Source of the DNA: an uncultured delta proteobacterium
GTDB lineage: Bacteria; Myxococcota_A; Polyangia; Polyangiales; Polyangiaceae
Length of the DNA: 64,000 bases
Assembly (NCBI GenBank): GCA_963696385.1
Contig: CAVOKF010000004.1
Coordinates: forward strand, 800,001-864,000
Direction of reading: 5' to 3'
This document shows positions 53,527 to 63,490 of this stretch, in pieces (the stretch's first letter is position 1; each line of letters begins with the position of its first letter). Made by a program: the position numbers and the translations under genes. The notes under the pieces are model-generated. The model saw only the letters and a program-made list of their open reading frames with translations, was not told the DNA's origin and did no database searches.

Positions 53527-54771
53527 TTAGGGTGTATCGGGCGTGGTCGCGGCAACCCCCTCAGCGCGCAAGATCATTTTTTGAATGCAACAATGCAGAC
53601 CATCGATGGATGCGATGGGCGCCGAAAAATAGTCGGTGGCCCCGCGGACCGAGGGCCGACAAGCGTCCGGGTCGGATGATGCGAAGGCGAGCGTGGTCGA
53701 CGTGAAGATCACGTCCGAGACAGGCTGCTGCGAGTGCTCTTCGATGAAAAACTCGGCGACGTCCTGCAGTTGGCCCAGCATATCGATGCTGTAGGTCACG
53801 GCCGTGCCGGTGCGCGCATCGGTGACGGTCTGAACCCAGTTTTCTACGCCGAGAGTCATCGAAATGACAAGGGTGTCTCCGACCTGTACGTCCATGCCCG
53901 GACCGCCGTGGCACCCTCCGTAGCTCGGGTAGTAGGGCGATGCCGCGGATAGGAACGTGTTCACGTACTGGCCGGAGATCCACCACGACCCGTACGGGTC
54001 CCCGTCCGGAGCGTTCGGCGCGCATGTGGGGCCCCAGGTGAGGACCGGTTGCAGCACGCCATTGTCGAGGGGCTGGTCATTGGCGCCGGGCCCGTCCGGC
54101 TGCAGTCCGGGCCACAAGAAGAGCGTGCCGGACGCCGGCGGCTGGACGGGCACAGTGAGGGTGGTGTCGAGGGCCACGATTTGGTTCTGCGCCGAGGTCG
54201 CCAACGATATGAACCCATAGCCCGTTGCCCGAGTGCTGGATCCCGGAGCATTGCTCGCCGGGTAGGTCAGCCCGCCCGCGCATGGGCTGGGGTCATCGCT
54301 CGCGTCGGCACCGGATCCGTCGACCGCCCCGTCCTTCGCCGGTTCGCCGTCTCCATCCGCGGCCGCACCCGCCTCCGGATCGGAATCCGGACCGGCGCCC
54401 GCGTCTCGGATCGCACCGGCCGCGTCAAGGACCGATCTTTCATTGGGATCGGGTTTCGTGCCCGCCTCCAGGGTGGATCCGCCATCGGCGTTTTGCACGG
54501 CCGCATCGGCGTACCCGGTCGCCGCTTGCCCGCCGGTGTCGCCGTCGTTTGCCGGCACCGGCATCGAGCTCTCGGAGGCGGCTTCGCTGTCAATCCCCCC
54601 GAGCCCGTCGGAACCCGTATCGCTGGGCCCACCCGCGGGTGGCCCGGCTTCGGCCGACGGCCCGCTCGACGAGCCGCAGCCAATCGACAGGGTGAGGCAC
54701 ACAAGTCCCGCCACGCCCGCGCAACCTCCGCGACGATCGGACGACAGCCCCAAGCCCCTGGAGTTCTTCAT
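53527..54771 (-). CDS. Lipoprotein with glutamic peptidase G1 (eqolisin)-like domain
   Basis: Lipobox SIGC; acidic linker; LTVP, WPGLQ, VLQPV, VGDT, AEFFIE. Confidence 0.55.
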   Translation of the reverse strand: MKNSRGLGLSSDRRGGCAGVAGLVCLTLSIGCGSSSGPSAEAGPPAGGPSDTGSDGLGGIDSEAASESSMPVPANDGDTGGQAATGYADAAVQNADGGSTLEAGTKPDPNERSVLDAAGAIRDAGAGPDSDPEAGAAADGDGEPAKDGAVDGSGADASDDPSPCAGGLTYPASNAPGSSTRATGYGFISLATSAQNQIVALDTTLTVPVQPPASGTLFLWPGLQPDGPGANDQPLDNGVLQPVLTWGPTCAPNAPDGDPYGSWWISGQYVNTFLSAASPYYPSYGGCHGGPGMDVQVGDTLVISMTLGVENWVQTVTDARTGTAVTYSIDMLGQLQDVAEFFIEEHSQQPVSDVIFTSTTLAFASSDPDACRPSVRGATDYFSAPIASIDGLHCCIQKMILRAEGVAATTPDTP

Positions 54772-54962
54772 TGGACGGAGAAACGGCCCGTGGGGCCCGC
54801 GGATCAAGAGGCGGTCGGTCCGCGGCAGGCCCGAGGTCCCCTCACCCACATGCCGACACGGGCAGGCCGGTGCGCTCACGTGTTCGGCCGGCTTCCGTCA
54901 TGCGACGCGTAGGTCGCCGGTCGCGCCGAAGAAGACCCGCGCATCGGAATGGAGGGGGGCCA

Positions 54963-55968
54963 TCAGTGTTTTTCCTCGTGTCCACCAAACTCGTATCGCA
55001 TCGCAGACAGCAGCTTGTTGGCGAAATCCTCGTCGCCGCGCGAAGCCAACCGCTGAGCGAGCGCAGTGCTCAGGACAGGGGCGGGCACTCCCTCGTCGAT
55101 AGCCGCCTGGAGAGTCCAGCGCCCCTCGCCGGAGTCGGACACGCGACCGGCGAATCCAGCGAGGTCAGGGCTTTTCTTCAGCGCGGGCGGCGGTCAGATC
55201 GAGAAGCCATGAACCGATGACGCTGCCATGCCTCCAGGCTTCGGCGATGTCGGGCAGGTTCAAGTCGTACCGGTAGAGTTCGGGGTGCCGGAGCGGGGCC
55301 GTCTCGGCGTCGGCCGTGCGCTTGGCATTTCCGGCGTTGGCATGGCGAAGAATGTTGAGTCCCTCGGCGTACGCGGCCATGACGCCGTATTCGATCCCGT
55401 TGTGAACCATCTTGACGAAATGTCCCGCGCCGGACGGCCCGCAATGGATGTAACCCCGCTGAGCGGTGCCGTTGCCATCGGAAGGCGACGGGGGCCCGCC
55501 CTCGAGTCCGGGCGCCAGCGCGGCAAAGAACCCGTCGAGCCTTTTCACAACCGCGGGATCGCCCCCAATCATGAGGCAGTAACCGCGCTCGAAGCCCCAG
55601 ACGCCACCGGACGTGCCGGCGTCGACGTAGTGGATGCCGCTCTTGCCGAGCGTCTCGGCTCGGCGGATGTCGTCGTGATAGTAGGAGTTGCCCCCGTCGA
55701 TCACGGCATCGTCGGCCGCGAGCAGCGGCACGAGGTCGCCGAGTGTCGACTCGACGACAGCGGCCGGCACCATGATCCAGATCGCGCGCGGCTTGTCCAG
55801 CTTGCCAACCAACTCGGCAAGCGAGCGGGTTGCCGTCGCGCCCGCTTTGACCAGATCTTGCGCCGCCTGTGGGTGGACGTCGAACACCACGCATTCGTGG
55901 CCGGCCCGAAGAAGCCGACGAACCATGTTGGACCCCATCCGTCCGAGCCCGATCATTCCGATTTTCAT
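54963..55968 (-). CDS. gnd: 6-phosphogluconate dehydrogenase, decarboxylating (short YqeC/GntZ type), frameshift near 55186
   Basis: GLGRMG, DGGNS, DAGTSGG, GHFVKMVHNGIEYG; the corrected frame continues VSDSGEGRWT...AMRYEFGGH, stop at 54963. Confidence 0.93.
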
Positions 55969-56048
55969 CTCGTCCTCTTTCGTTTCAGGCGCCTCCGCCG
56001 GACGCGGCCGCGCGCCGATGTGGAACGCAGAGCATCCGGCGTGGGGCA

Positions 56049-56064
56049 TGCAACGCCGACGCCA
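56049..56064 (-). promoter_or_regulatory. Sigma54 promoter candidate for gnd
   Basis: Minus-strand TGGCGTCGGCGTTGCA, about 80 bp upstream of the ATG. Confidence 0.5.
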
Positions 56065-56147
56065 GATGTCCGCCGCCGGTGATACAGCCCTAGCAGGCGG
56101 CGTCGGAGTTTGGAGAGCGCGCGTTCCGGGTCCGCGCTCGAGCGGAT

Positions 56148-56903
56148 CTACCGGTGTCCGCCGCCGCCATGACCGCCGCCGCCACCATGACCGCCGCCGC
56201 CATGACCGCCGCCGTGGAACCCACCGCGCCCGAAGGCCCCGGACCGATGAATCAGGATGCCCGCGCCGAAATTTTGATAGGGGGCGCCTCCATAGGACCA
56301 ATCGGCATTTATCCAGAACGGACCTCCCCAGTAGTAGTTTGGACCGTAGTCCCAATCGTCGTATCCACCGTAGTCGGGCTCCACCATGAGCCGCTCGAAC
56401 GGCGTCCGCTCGACGACGACGCCCGAGGCTGTCGTCACCCGCCAAAGGGCGTCAAACTCGGGTAACACGTCCGCGTGCTGGACGTCCGAGGGCAGCAAGA
56501 AGAAGAGATCGACGATTCGCTTCGCGTTCGGTTCCACGGTGACTAAAGGAGGCGGTGCCCCGGAGTTCGCCGAGGCGAACGCAGGCGCGATGGGCCCGTG
56601 ACCGTTGAGGTCGAGCCGCTGCTCTCGCGTGTCGAACGTCCAAGGTGCGGAGCCGTTGTCCGCCATGACGATGCGCAAGTGGAGGGCGCGATGAATCTCA
56701 TTGGGCGAACTCTTCGGTGAGACGTCGGTGATTCCGTAGGATGCGATCCGCACATCGCCCTGCGGCGCATTGGCAGGGACGGGGTAGTCGGCCGCGACGT
56801 TGCCCTGCATGCTCGCCGTGGCGTTCGTCGTCGGTACGTATTCATATCGGGAAGCACACCCGGCGGCGATGAGAAGCGGGAGAATGGTCCTGAAACGAGG
56901 CAT
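56148..56903 (-). CDS. Lipoprotein with aromatic segment and Gly/His-rich tail
   Basis: MPRFRTILPLLIAAGC; YYWGGPFW; tail GGFHGGGHGGGGHGGGGGHGGGGHR. Confidence 0.75.
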   Translation of the reverse strand: MPRFRTILPLLIAAGCASRYEYVPTTNATASMQGNVAADYPVPANAPQGDVRIASYGITDVSPKSSPNEIHRALHLRIVMADNGSAPWTFDTREQRLDLNGHGPIAPAFASANSGAPPPLVTVEPNAKRIVDLFFLLPSDVQHADVLPEFDALWRVTTASGVVVERTPFERLMVEPDYGGYDDWDYGPNYYWGGPFWINADWSYGGAPYQNFGAGILIHRSGAFGRGGFHGGGHGGGGHGGGGGHGGGGHR

Positions 56904-57123
56904 GCGAACCGGCATGCAATGGCCGGTCCGCGGCTGATTGCAGCCGAGCGGGAGGCCAGCCCAGTTCCGTCGTCTTCCGAGGTCGTGAGCGAGCAATTTC
57001 CGAAGCGCTTGTTTCACGAAAATGAGCGAGGCGAGGGTCGCCGTGGTGTGCGGCGACGCGACTTCTCGCAAGGGTCCCGTCCGATCCCCGGCCCGCCCCA
57101 CTCCGTGCCAACGTGGGCACCTT

Positions 57124-57333
57124 TCAAGGATGCTTGGCCGCACAGACCCCGTCGTCACATAAGATCGTGCAGCAATCGCTGGCCTTAACACACCTCGCAC
57201 CAATGTCTCGGCATCGGCCCATGCCCGGCGGATTGATAACCCCCGGGCCCGAGGCGGTGGAGTCCGAACACGCGAACACAACCATCACCAGGAAAACGGC
57301 GGTGCTCCACCGAATTGCGCATCGGGCAATCAT
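57124..57333 (-). CDS. Small lipoprotein with inhibitor-cystine-knot-like 6-Cys domain
   Basis: Lipobox VFAC; CRDIGARCVKASDCCTILCDDGVC; a strong sigma54 promoter lies just upstream. Confidence 0.65.
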   Translation of the reverse strand: MIARCAIRWSTAVFLVMVVFACSDSTASGPGVINPPGMGRCRDIGARCVKASDCCTILCDDGVCAAKHP

Positions 57334-57345
57334 AGCGCCTGAATG

Positions 57346-57361
57346 AGCAATTGTCATGCCA
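57346..57361 (-). promoter_or_regulatory. Sigma54 promoter, leftward
   Basis: Minus-strand TGGCATGACAATTGCT, near-consensus -24/-12. Confidence 0.75.
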
Positions 57362-57425
57362 ATGCCGAACGCAGGAGCGGCGCCAGCGCCCGGTCGGCTT
57401 CGGCGACGTGCCGCAAGGCGAAGGA

Positions 57426-57466
57426 CGATCGGGAAAATTTCCCACTGCCCGATCGGGAAAATTTCC
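57426..57466. promoter_or_regulatory. Tandem enhancer-like sites
   Basis: CGATCGGGAAAATTTCC repeated exactly at 57426 and 57450, each with a GGAAA-A-TTTCC palindrome. Confidence 0.7.
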
Positions 57467-57521
57467 TATGGCGCCCGGTGGCGCCCTGCTCGAGATCGTC
57501 ACCTTGGGCCTGCCTGCAAGC

Positions 57522-57537
57522 TGGCACGTCCCGTGCT
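57522..57537 (+). promoter_or_regulatory. Sigma54 promoter, rightward (RND operon)
   Basis: TGGCACGTCCCGTGCT; a second candidate TGGCACAAGGATTGTG lies at 57631. Confidence 0.6.
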
Positions 57538-57654
57538 CGTTCGCTTCGCGCTCATAGGGTACCGCGCTCAGCCGCTCGCCAGTCGGCCCGTTCGAGCTCG
57601 CTCCCCATCGCGCCGCGTTCCAACTGGCCATGGCACAAGGATTGTGATTTGCCC

Positions 57655-58890
57655 ATGGACATGCCGGTCGTTTCCACTGTGCGCGATTCCGGCAACTCGT
57701 TGGCCGGTCCGAAGGTTAAAAGTCGGGTTCGATTCATACCCCTCGTGATCGCCGCCGGGGTCCTCGGGGTGCTAGCGGGCGGTTGGGCGCTCCTATATCG
57801 CGCGGACTCGAGGGTCAACAAGGTGGCACTCGCGTCCACGCCAAAGCCGGTCACCGTGTTGACGGCGAAAGGGGAGCCGTATCGTGCGGTGCATATCTAT
57901 GTGGGAACGCTCCGCCCTTGGGTCGACGCCAAGGTCGGCCCCCAGTTCATCTCGGCCTATGTGGAGACCGTACTCGTGCGTCCTGGGGCGGTCGTCAAGA
58001 AAGGGGAAGTCCTCGCCACTCTGGACTGCCGGTATGCCAACGCTCAGACCTCGGCAATCTCTTCGCAAGCGAAAGCCATCGCCGCCCAACAGCAGGCCAT
58101 TTCGCACGAAGCGACGCGCACGCAATCCCTCTTGGACGGGGGCTTTGTGTCCCCCAACGAGTCGGAACTGATTACGGCCAAGAGCGCCGCCGAGGCCAGC
58201 GAACTCGCCGCCGAGCAAGCGACCCTCATCAAGAGTGGCTTGGACGTCAACGACTGCATCTTGCGGGCGCCGTTCGACGGGGAGGTTTCGCTTCGACTCG
58301 TCGACCCTGGATCCTTCGTCCGTCCCAGCACGGAGATGATCGGTGTCGTCGATCGGAATACCGTCCGAATGACCGCCGATGCGCCGGAGAGCGACTTTGA
58401 CGCCATTGCCCCGGGCGCCAAAGTCACGGTCCGCGTCGTCGCGCTCAATCTCGATATTCCCGCCAGCATCACGCGGCGCGCCCCCAGCGCGGACCCGGGC
58501 ACGCGGACGGTCCACTTCGAGATCGACCTCGACGATTCCGACCGACACATTCCTGTCGACACCACAGGCGAAGTTCATCTCCCCGTAGGCCAACCTGTGC
58601 CCGCTACGGCGGTTCCGCTCTCGGCCGTCAGTATCAGTGACAAGAAGGCCACGCTCTATACCGTCGATGGCGGCGTGGCCCACGCTCGCACGCTGATCGA
58701 GATGGGCGAGGTCGGGCCGAACGTCTTCTTTCCCCCCGACGTTCTGAGGCCCGGAAGCCTGATCGTCGTCGAGGGCCGCGCTCTCCTCAAAGACGGGGAT
58801 CCTGTCGTTGCGAAGCCGGCCCAAACGGAGCCGACCGGGGCTGCAAGCAATGTCACGCAGAGTCCCCAGTCGGCGGGGACCAAACCATGA
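57655..58890 (+). CDS. RND efflux periplasmic adaptor subunit
   Basis: N-terminal TM; VRPGAVVKKGEVLA, LRAPFDG, DPGTRT. Confidence 0.9.
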   Translation: MDMPVVSTVRDSGNSLAGPKVKSRVRFIPLVIAAGVLGVLAGGWALLYRADSRVNKVALASTPKPVTVLTAKGEPYRAVHIYVGTLRPWVDAKVGPQFISAYVETVLVRPGAVVKKGEVLATLDCRYANAQTSAISSQAKAIAAQQQAISHEATRTQSLLDGGFVSPNESELITAKSAAEASELAAEQATLIKSGLDVNDCILRAPFDGEVSLRLVDPGSFVRPSTEMIGVVDRNTVRMTADAPESDFDAIAPGAKVTVRVVALNLDIPASITRRAPSADPGTRTVHFEIDLDDSDRHIPVDTTGEVHLPVGQPVPATAVPLSAVSISDKKATLYTVDGGVAHARTLIEMGEVGPNVFFPPDVLRPGSLIVVEGRALLKDGDPVVAKPAQTEPTGAASNVTQSPQSAGTKP

Positions 58891-61800
58891 CCGGGCTCGC
58901 GCTTCGAAACCCCATCGCCATCCTGATGCTTTGCATCGGCCTCATGGTCTTCGCGGCGGTCGTGACTCCGCGCATGAGCATCGACACGTTCCCCGAGTTG
59001 ACCCCGCCGGTACTCGTCATCGGTACGCTCTGCCCCGGTCTCGGCCCGGAAGACGTCGAGAGCACGATTTCGTGGCGTCTCGAGAAATACGTGAGTTCGA
59101 CGCCGGGCGTAGACCACGTGCAGAGCATTTCCCGCAACGGGTTCTCCATCATCTACGTCTGGCTGCAGTGGGGGACCGACCTCAACTCGTCGCAGACATT
59201 GGTTCAGTCCTCGGTCGGCTTTGCGATGGCGGCCGTCCCCAAGAGTCTCGGCGTCCTGCCTCCATTCGTTCTTCAGTACGACCCGTCCAACGCACCGGTC
59301 GTACAGGTCGTGGTCACCGGCGAGGGCTACACCGGGCCGCAGCTCTACGACTATGCCTTCAACTACATCGAGCCCCTCATCGAAGGCATTTCGGGCGTCG
59401 CGAGCGCGGCCCCCGACGGCGGTCGCATGCGCCAGATCAACGTGATCGTCGACCCCGTCAAGGCGCAAGGCAGACGCGTCACCGCACAGGACGTCTCGAG
59501 CGCCGTGGCCCTGTCGAACGCGCTGCTGCCATCCGGCGAGCTCATTTCGAAGTTTTTCGATGCGAACGTCTACACCGACGCCGTGCCCAAGCGCGTCAAG
59601 ACGATCGGTGACGCGCCCATGAAAATGGTGGGCGACAAGGCCGTCCTCATCAAAGACGTCGCCAGGGTCGAGGACGGGGGACTCCGCCCGTCCAGTCGGT
59701 CTCGGTGGACGGCAAGGAGGCGGTCTATTTGAATGTCTTACGCATCCCCGGAGGCAACACACTCAAGATCGTCGAGGCCGTATACAAGATCGTCAAGAAT
59801 CTACCCAACTTGCCGCCCGGGATGAAGGTGACGGCCGCCTTCGATCAATCGACGTTCGTGAAAACGACCTTCAGCGGGCTCAAGCGCGAGATCGTCCAGG
59901 CGCTTGTCCTCATCAGCATCGTGATCTTGCTATTTCTTCAAAGCCTTCGGGGCACACTCATCGTCTCGGCGGCGATCCCGCTCTCGTTCGCGATCACGCT
60001 GATCATTCTGTACGCCTCCGGCGAGACGTTGAACGCGTTCACGCTCGGCGGACTCACGTTGGCGATGGGACGGCTCGTCGACGATGCGGTCGTGGTGCTC
60101 GAGTCGATCCACCGGCATCAACGCGGCGGCATGAGTGCGCGGCAAGCGGCCCTCGAAGGCACCAACGCCGTCGCTCTGCCCGTGCTCGCTTCGACCTTGA
60201 CGACCATGGCCGTGCTCCTTCCGGTTCTGCTTCTGGCGGGCCTTGCGAAGAAGCTCTTTGCGCCCTTGGCCCTCACGGTCGCGGTCGCCATGATCGCGTC
60301 CTACTTCGTCAGCATGGCCGTGACGCCGGTCGCGTGCCGCTACTTTCTAGGCCATGCCGAACACAAGGGCTTCTGGAAGAAGATCGAAGCTTTCGTCGAC
60401 CGAACCGCGGAAAAATACTCGATCCTTCTTTCGCACGTGTTGCCGTTCCGCGCGACGGTGATGGGTGGGGCCGCCGTGCTCGTCGTGGCATCGGTTGTGG
60501 CGGCGGCGCGCCTGCCCACGACGTTCTTTCCCGCGATCGACGAGTCGATGGCGCAAATCTACGTGCGCTTCGCTGCCGGGACCTCACTCGACGACGCCAC
60601 GCGCGAGATCAAGGCGATGGGCACCGCGCTCAAGGCGGGTCTTCCCGCGGGTGTGGTCGAGATGGTCATCGAGAACCTCGGGGCCCCCCAAAACGCCCGG
60701 AGCGCGCTGGTCAGTCCCAACGTCGCGCCGAATACAGGATACTTGCGCCTGCAGTTTAGCGACCCCGACGATCGGAAATTTTCGCAGGATGAGCTCGGGG
60801 CGAAAGCGCGAGAGATTCTCAATCGCGAGTTCCCGGGTGTCGAGGTGCTCGTTTACCCCGGCGGGCTCGTGGCCAGCGTATTCGCCAATGGGTACACGGC
60901 GCCGCTTGCCATCGAAGTGCGCGGCAACAGCCTGCAGCGGTTGCATGAATCCGCCAGCGCGATCGCCGACGTCGCGAGGACCATCGCCGGCGTGCGCGAC
61001 GTCCGACTCTCCGTGCAGCTCAACTACCCGGAAATCCACGTCAATACCAATCGTCAGACGGCCGGTTTCGTGGGCGTCGACGCTCGCGCTGCCGCGCAGA
61101 CTACGCTCGACGGAACCCTCGGGAACATCAACCTCCCGAGCGTATGGATCGACCCGCACAATGGCCAATCTTACTATGTCGTCACCTATTACGATCCGCA
61201 CAGCGTGACCGAAACCCAGCAACTCGCGGAGCTGCCCGTGCGCGTCGACCCCGAGGGGCGCCCGGTTCTACTGGGTGCGTACGGCGACGTCGTTCGCGAA
61301 ACCGGACCGATCGCCGTCGAGCGAAACCATCTGGAGCGGGCGCTCCACGTGTATATGCAAACGGAGGGACGCGACATCGGCAGCGTCTCGAAGGACTTGG
61401 ACGCGGCGCTCGCGAAAACGCCCGCGACCCGTGACCTGAAGTACGACTGGGTTGGAGAGACGGATCTGATGAGGACGACGTTCTCCGGGCTCGGGCTCGC
61501 CTTGGGTCTCGCGGTGATGGTCGTATTCATGATCATGGCCTCTCAGTTCAAGTCTCTGCGCCTGCCGTTCGTCATGCTCTTCACCATCCCCGTGGCACTC
61601 GTGGGGATCGTCCTTGCCCTGCTGTCGGAGGGGCAAGGGTTCTCGATCACGGCGCTCATGGGAATCTTGATGGTTATCGGCATTGCCGTATCGAACGGCA
61701 TTCTTCTCGTCGACGACGCGAACACACGCCTCCGAGACGGCAAGGAGAAAGCTGTGGCCATCGTCGAGGCCGCGAGATCGAGATTCGTTCCCATCCTCAT

Positions 61801-62038
61801 GACGAGTCTCGCCACCGTGATCGGGCTTGTCCCAACGGCGCTTGGCCTGGAGAAAGGTTCCGAGGCGAACCAGCCGCTCGCGCTCTCCGTCGTCGGGGGA
61901 CTCACCTCGTCGACCTTCTTGTCGCTCTTTCTCGTCCCCGTGATGTTCATGCTGTTTGCGAAAGAGCATCCCGACAAGGATGACGACGAAGAGAAGGAAC
62001 ACGGGCATCCTGCGGGCGACTTGGCACCTGCCGAGTGA
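58887..62038 (+). CDS. RND efflux permease (AcrB/CusA superfamily), frameshift in the G-run at 59676-59680
   Basis: ALRNP, IDTFP, IPLS, LVDDAVVVLE, SNGILLVD, RFVPILMT; adding one G joins ORFs 58887 and 59705. Confidence 0.92.
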
Positions 62039-62134
62039 GGGGGCACGCCCGCGGTGAGACACATGCGGCTGAGCGCCGACACGGGATGGCCGTTTCGCAC
62101 AGGGAAACGTCCAAGGGGCCTACTCGACTAGGGG

Positions 62135-63490
62135 CTAGCTTTCACCATCGTCGTTGATCCATTTGGCCAGTGTCTTGCTGTCGACCTCGAGTGCTTCCGC
62201 GGTTCGCCTCTTGTGCCCGCCCAATCGCTCGAGCGCCCATACCGCGTAACGCTTCTGGATCTCCCGAATCGGAAGGACGCCGGGGCCGAAGCCGCTGGGC
62301 ATCGGGACCGGCGTCGGGCCCGCGACGGTCGCGGGCAACTCGGACGGGGTCACCTCGCAGGTGCGCGCGAGGACGACGACCCGCTCGATCGCGTGCGCGA
62401 GCTCCCGGACATTGCCCGGCCAGGGATGTTCGACGAGCTTCGCCATCGCTTCACGCGAGAAACGTTCGACCGGCGACTGCGGATGTTTCTCCTTCGCACG
62501 CGTGAGCATCCGCTGGGCAAGCAGCGGAATGTCCTCGGGGCGATGCCTGAGCGGGGGAATCTCGATGGTCACGACGTCGAGGCGATAGAACAGATCTTCT
62601 CGAAATGTGCCGAGGCCGACCCGTTGGCGCAGATCGCGGTGGGTGGCCGCGACGACCCGAACGTCGATTCGCCGTTCCTTGCTGGCGCCGACCGCTCGCA
62701 CGGTCTCACTCTCGAGAACATGCAGAAGCTTCGCCTGCAGGGCCGCGGACATCTCGCCGATCTCATCGAGCAGAAGGGTGCCCCCGCTCGCCTCCGCGAA
62801 CAAACCGTCGCGCGCCGAGGTCGCGCCCGTAAACGCACCCCGGACGTGTCCGAAGAGCTCGCTTTCGAGCAAGGTCTCTGGAAGGGCCGCGCAATTCACG
62901 GCGACAAATGGGCCATCGACGCGAGGGCTGTTCGAGTGGATGGCGCGAGCCAAGGCCGACTTGCCGGTTCCGGTTTCGCCCACCAGCAGCACGGGCGTCG
63001 CCACGGGGGCAACGCGTGTCACGACCTCGAAGACCTCGCGCATGGCTGCACTTGTCCCGATGAGACTGCCGAGCGCAGACTCCGCGCGAAGGGTCGTACG
63101 CAGAGTGCGCGCTTCGCCCCGCAAACGCCTGTCGTCCATCGCGCGGCCGAGAAAGAGAACCAACTCGCTGACGGCAAAGGGCTTGGTGAGATAGTGGTAG
63201 GCGCCTTGCCGAATGGCTTCGATGGCGGTCTCTACGGCCCCATACGCGGTCATGACGATGACGGGACGCTCTCGAGCGGCGGCACGGGATCGGGCGAGCA
63301 AGCCCATGCCGTCGATGCCCGGCATGCGCAGATCGGTGACCAAGGCGTCGATTGGTTCCGTTTCGAGCCGCCTTGCCGCCTCTTCGCTCGAAGCGCACGG
63401 CTCCGCATCGTAGCCCCGTTCGCGAAGACTCTCCGACAGAGTGACGGCGAGATCGAGGTCGTCATCGACCAAGAGAACGTGCGGCAACAT
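62135..63490 (-). CDS. Sigma54-dependent response regulator (NtrC family)
   Basis: LLVDDD, TDLRMP, GETGTGK, ESELFGH, GAFTGA, LDEIGE, WPGNVREL, C-terminal HTH. Confidence 0.95.
   Translation of the reverse strand: MLPHVLLVDDDLDLAVTLSESLRERGYDAEPCASSEEAARRLETEPIDALVTDLRMPGIDGMGLLARSRAAARERPVIVMTAYGAVETAIEAIRQGAYHYLTKPFAVSELVLFLGRAMDDRRLRGEARTLRTTLRAESALGSLIGTSAAMREVFEVVTRVAPVATPVLLVGETGTGKSALARAIHSNSPRVDGPFVAVNCAALPETLLESELFGHVRGAFTGATSARDGLFAEASGGTLLLDEIGEMSAALQAKLLHVLESETVRAVGASKERRIDVRVVAATHRDLRQRVGLGTFREDLFYRLDVVTIEIPPLRHRPEDIPLLAQRMLTRAKEKHPQSPVERFSREAMAKLVEHPWPGNVRELAHAIERVVVLARTCEVTPSELPATVAGPTPVPMPSGFGPGVLPIREIQKRYAVWALERLGGHKRRTAEALEVDSKTLAKWINDDGES

Noticed and set aside
53223..53555. 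Minus-strand ORF with an ADGG...GKFTC segment
   Set aside because: No credible start or RBS and it overlaps the upstream gene end; at most a fragment.
59676..59680. Phase variation or programmed frameshift in the RND permease
   Set aside because: A G5 run is too short, and similar indels occur throughout the window.
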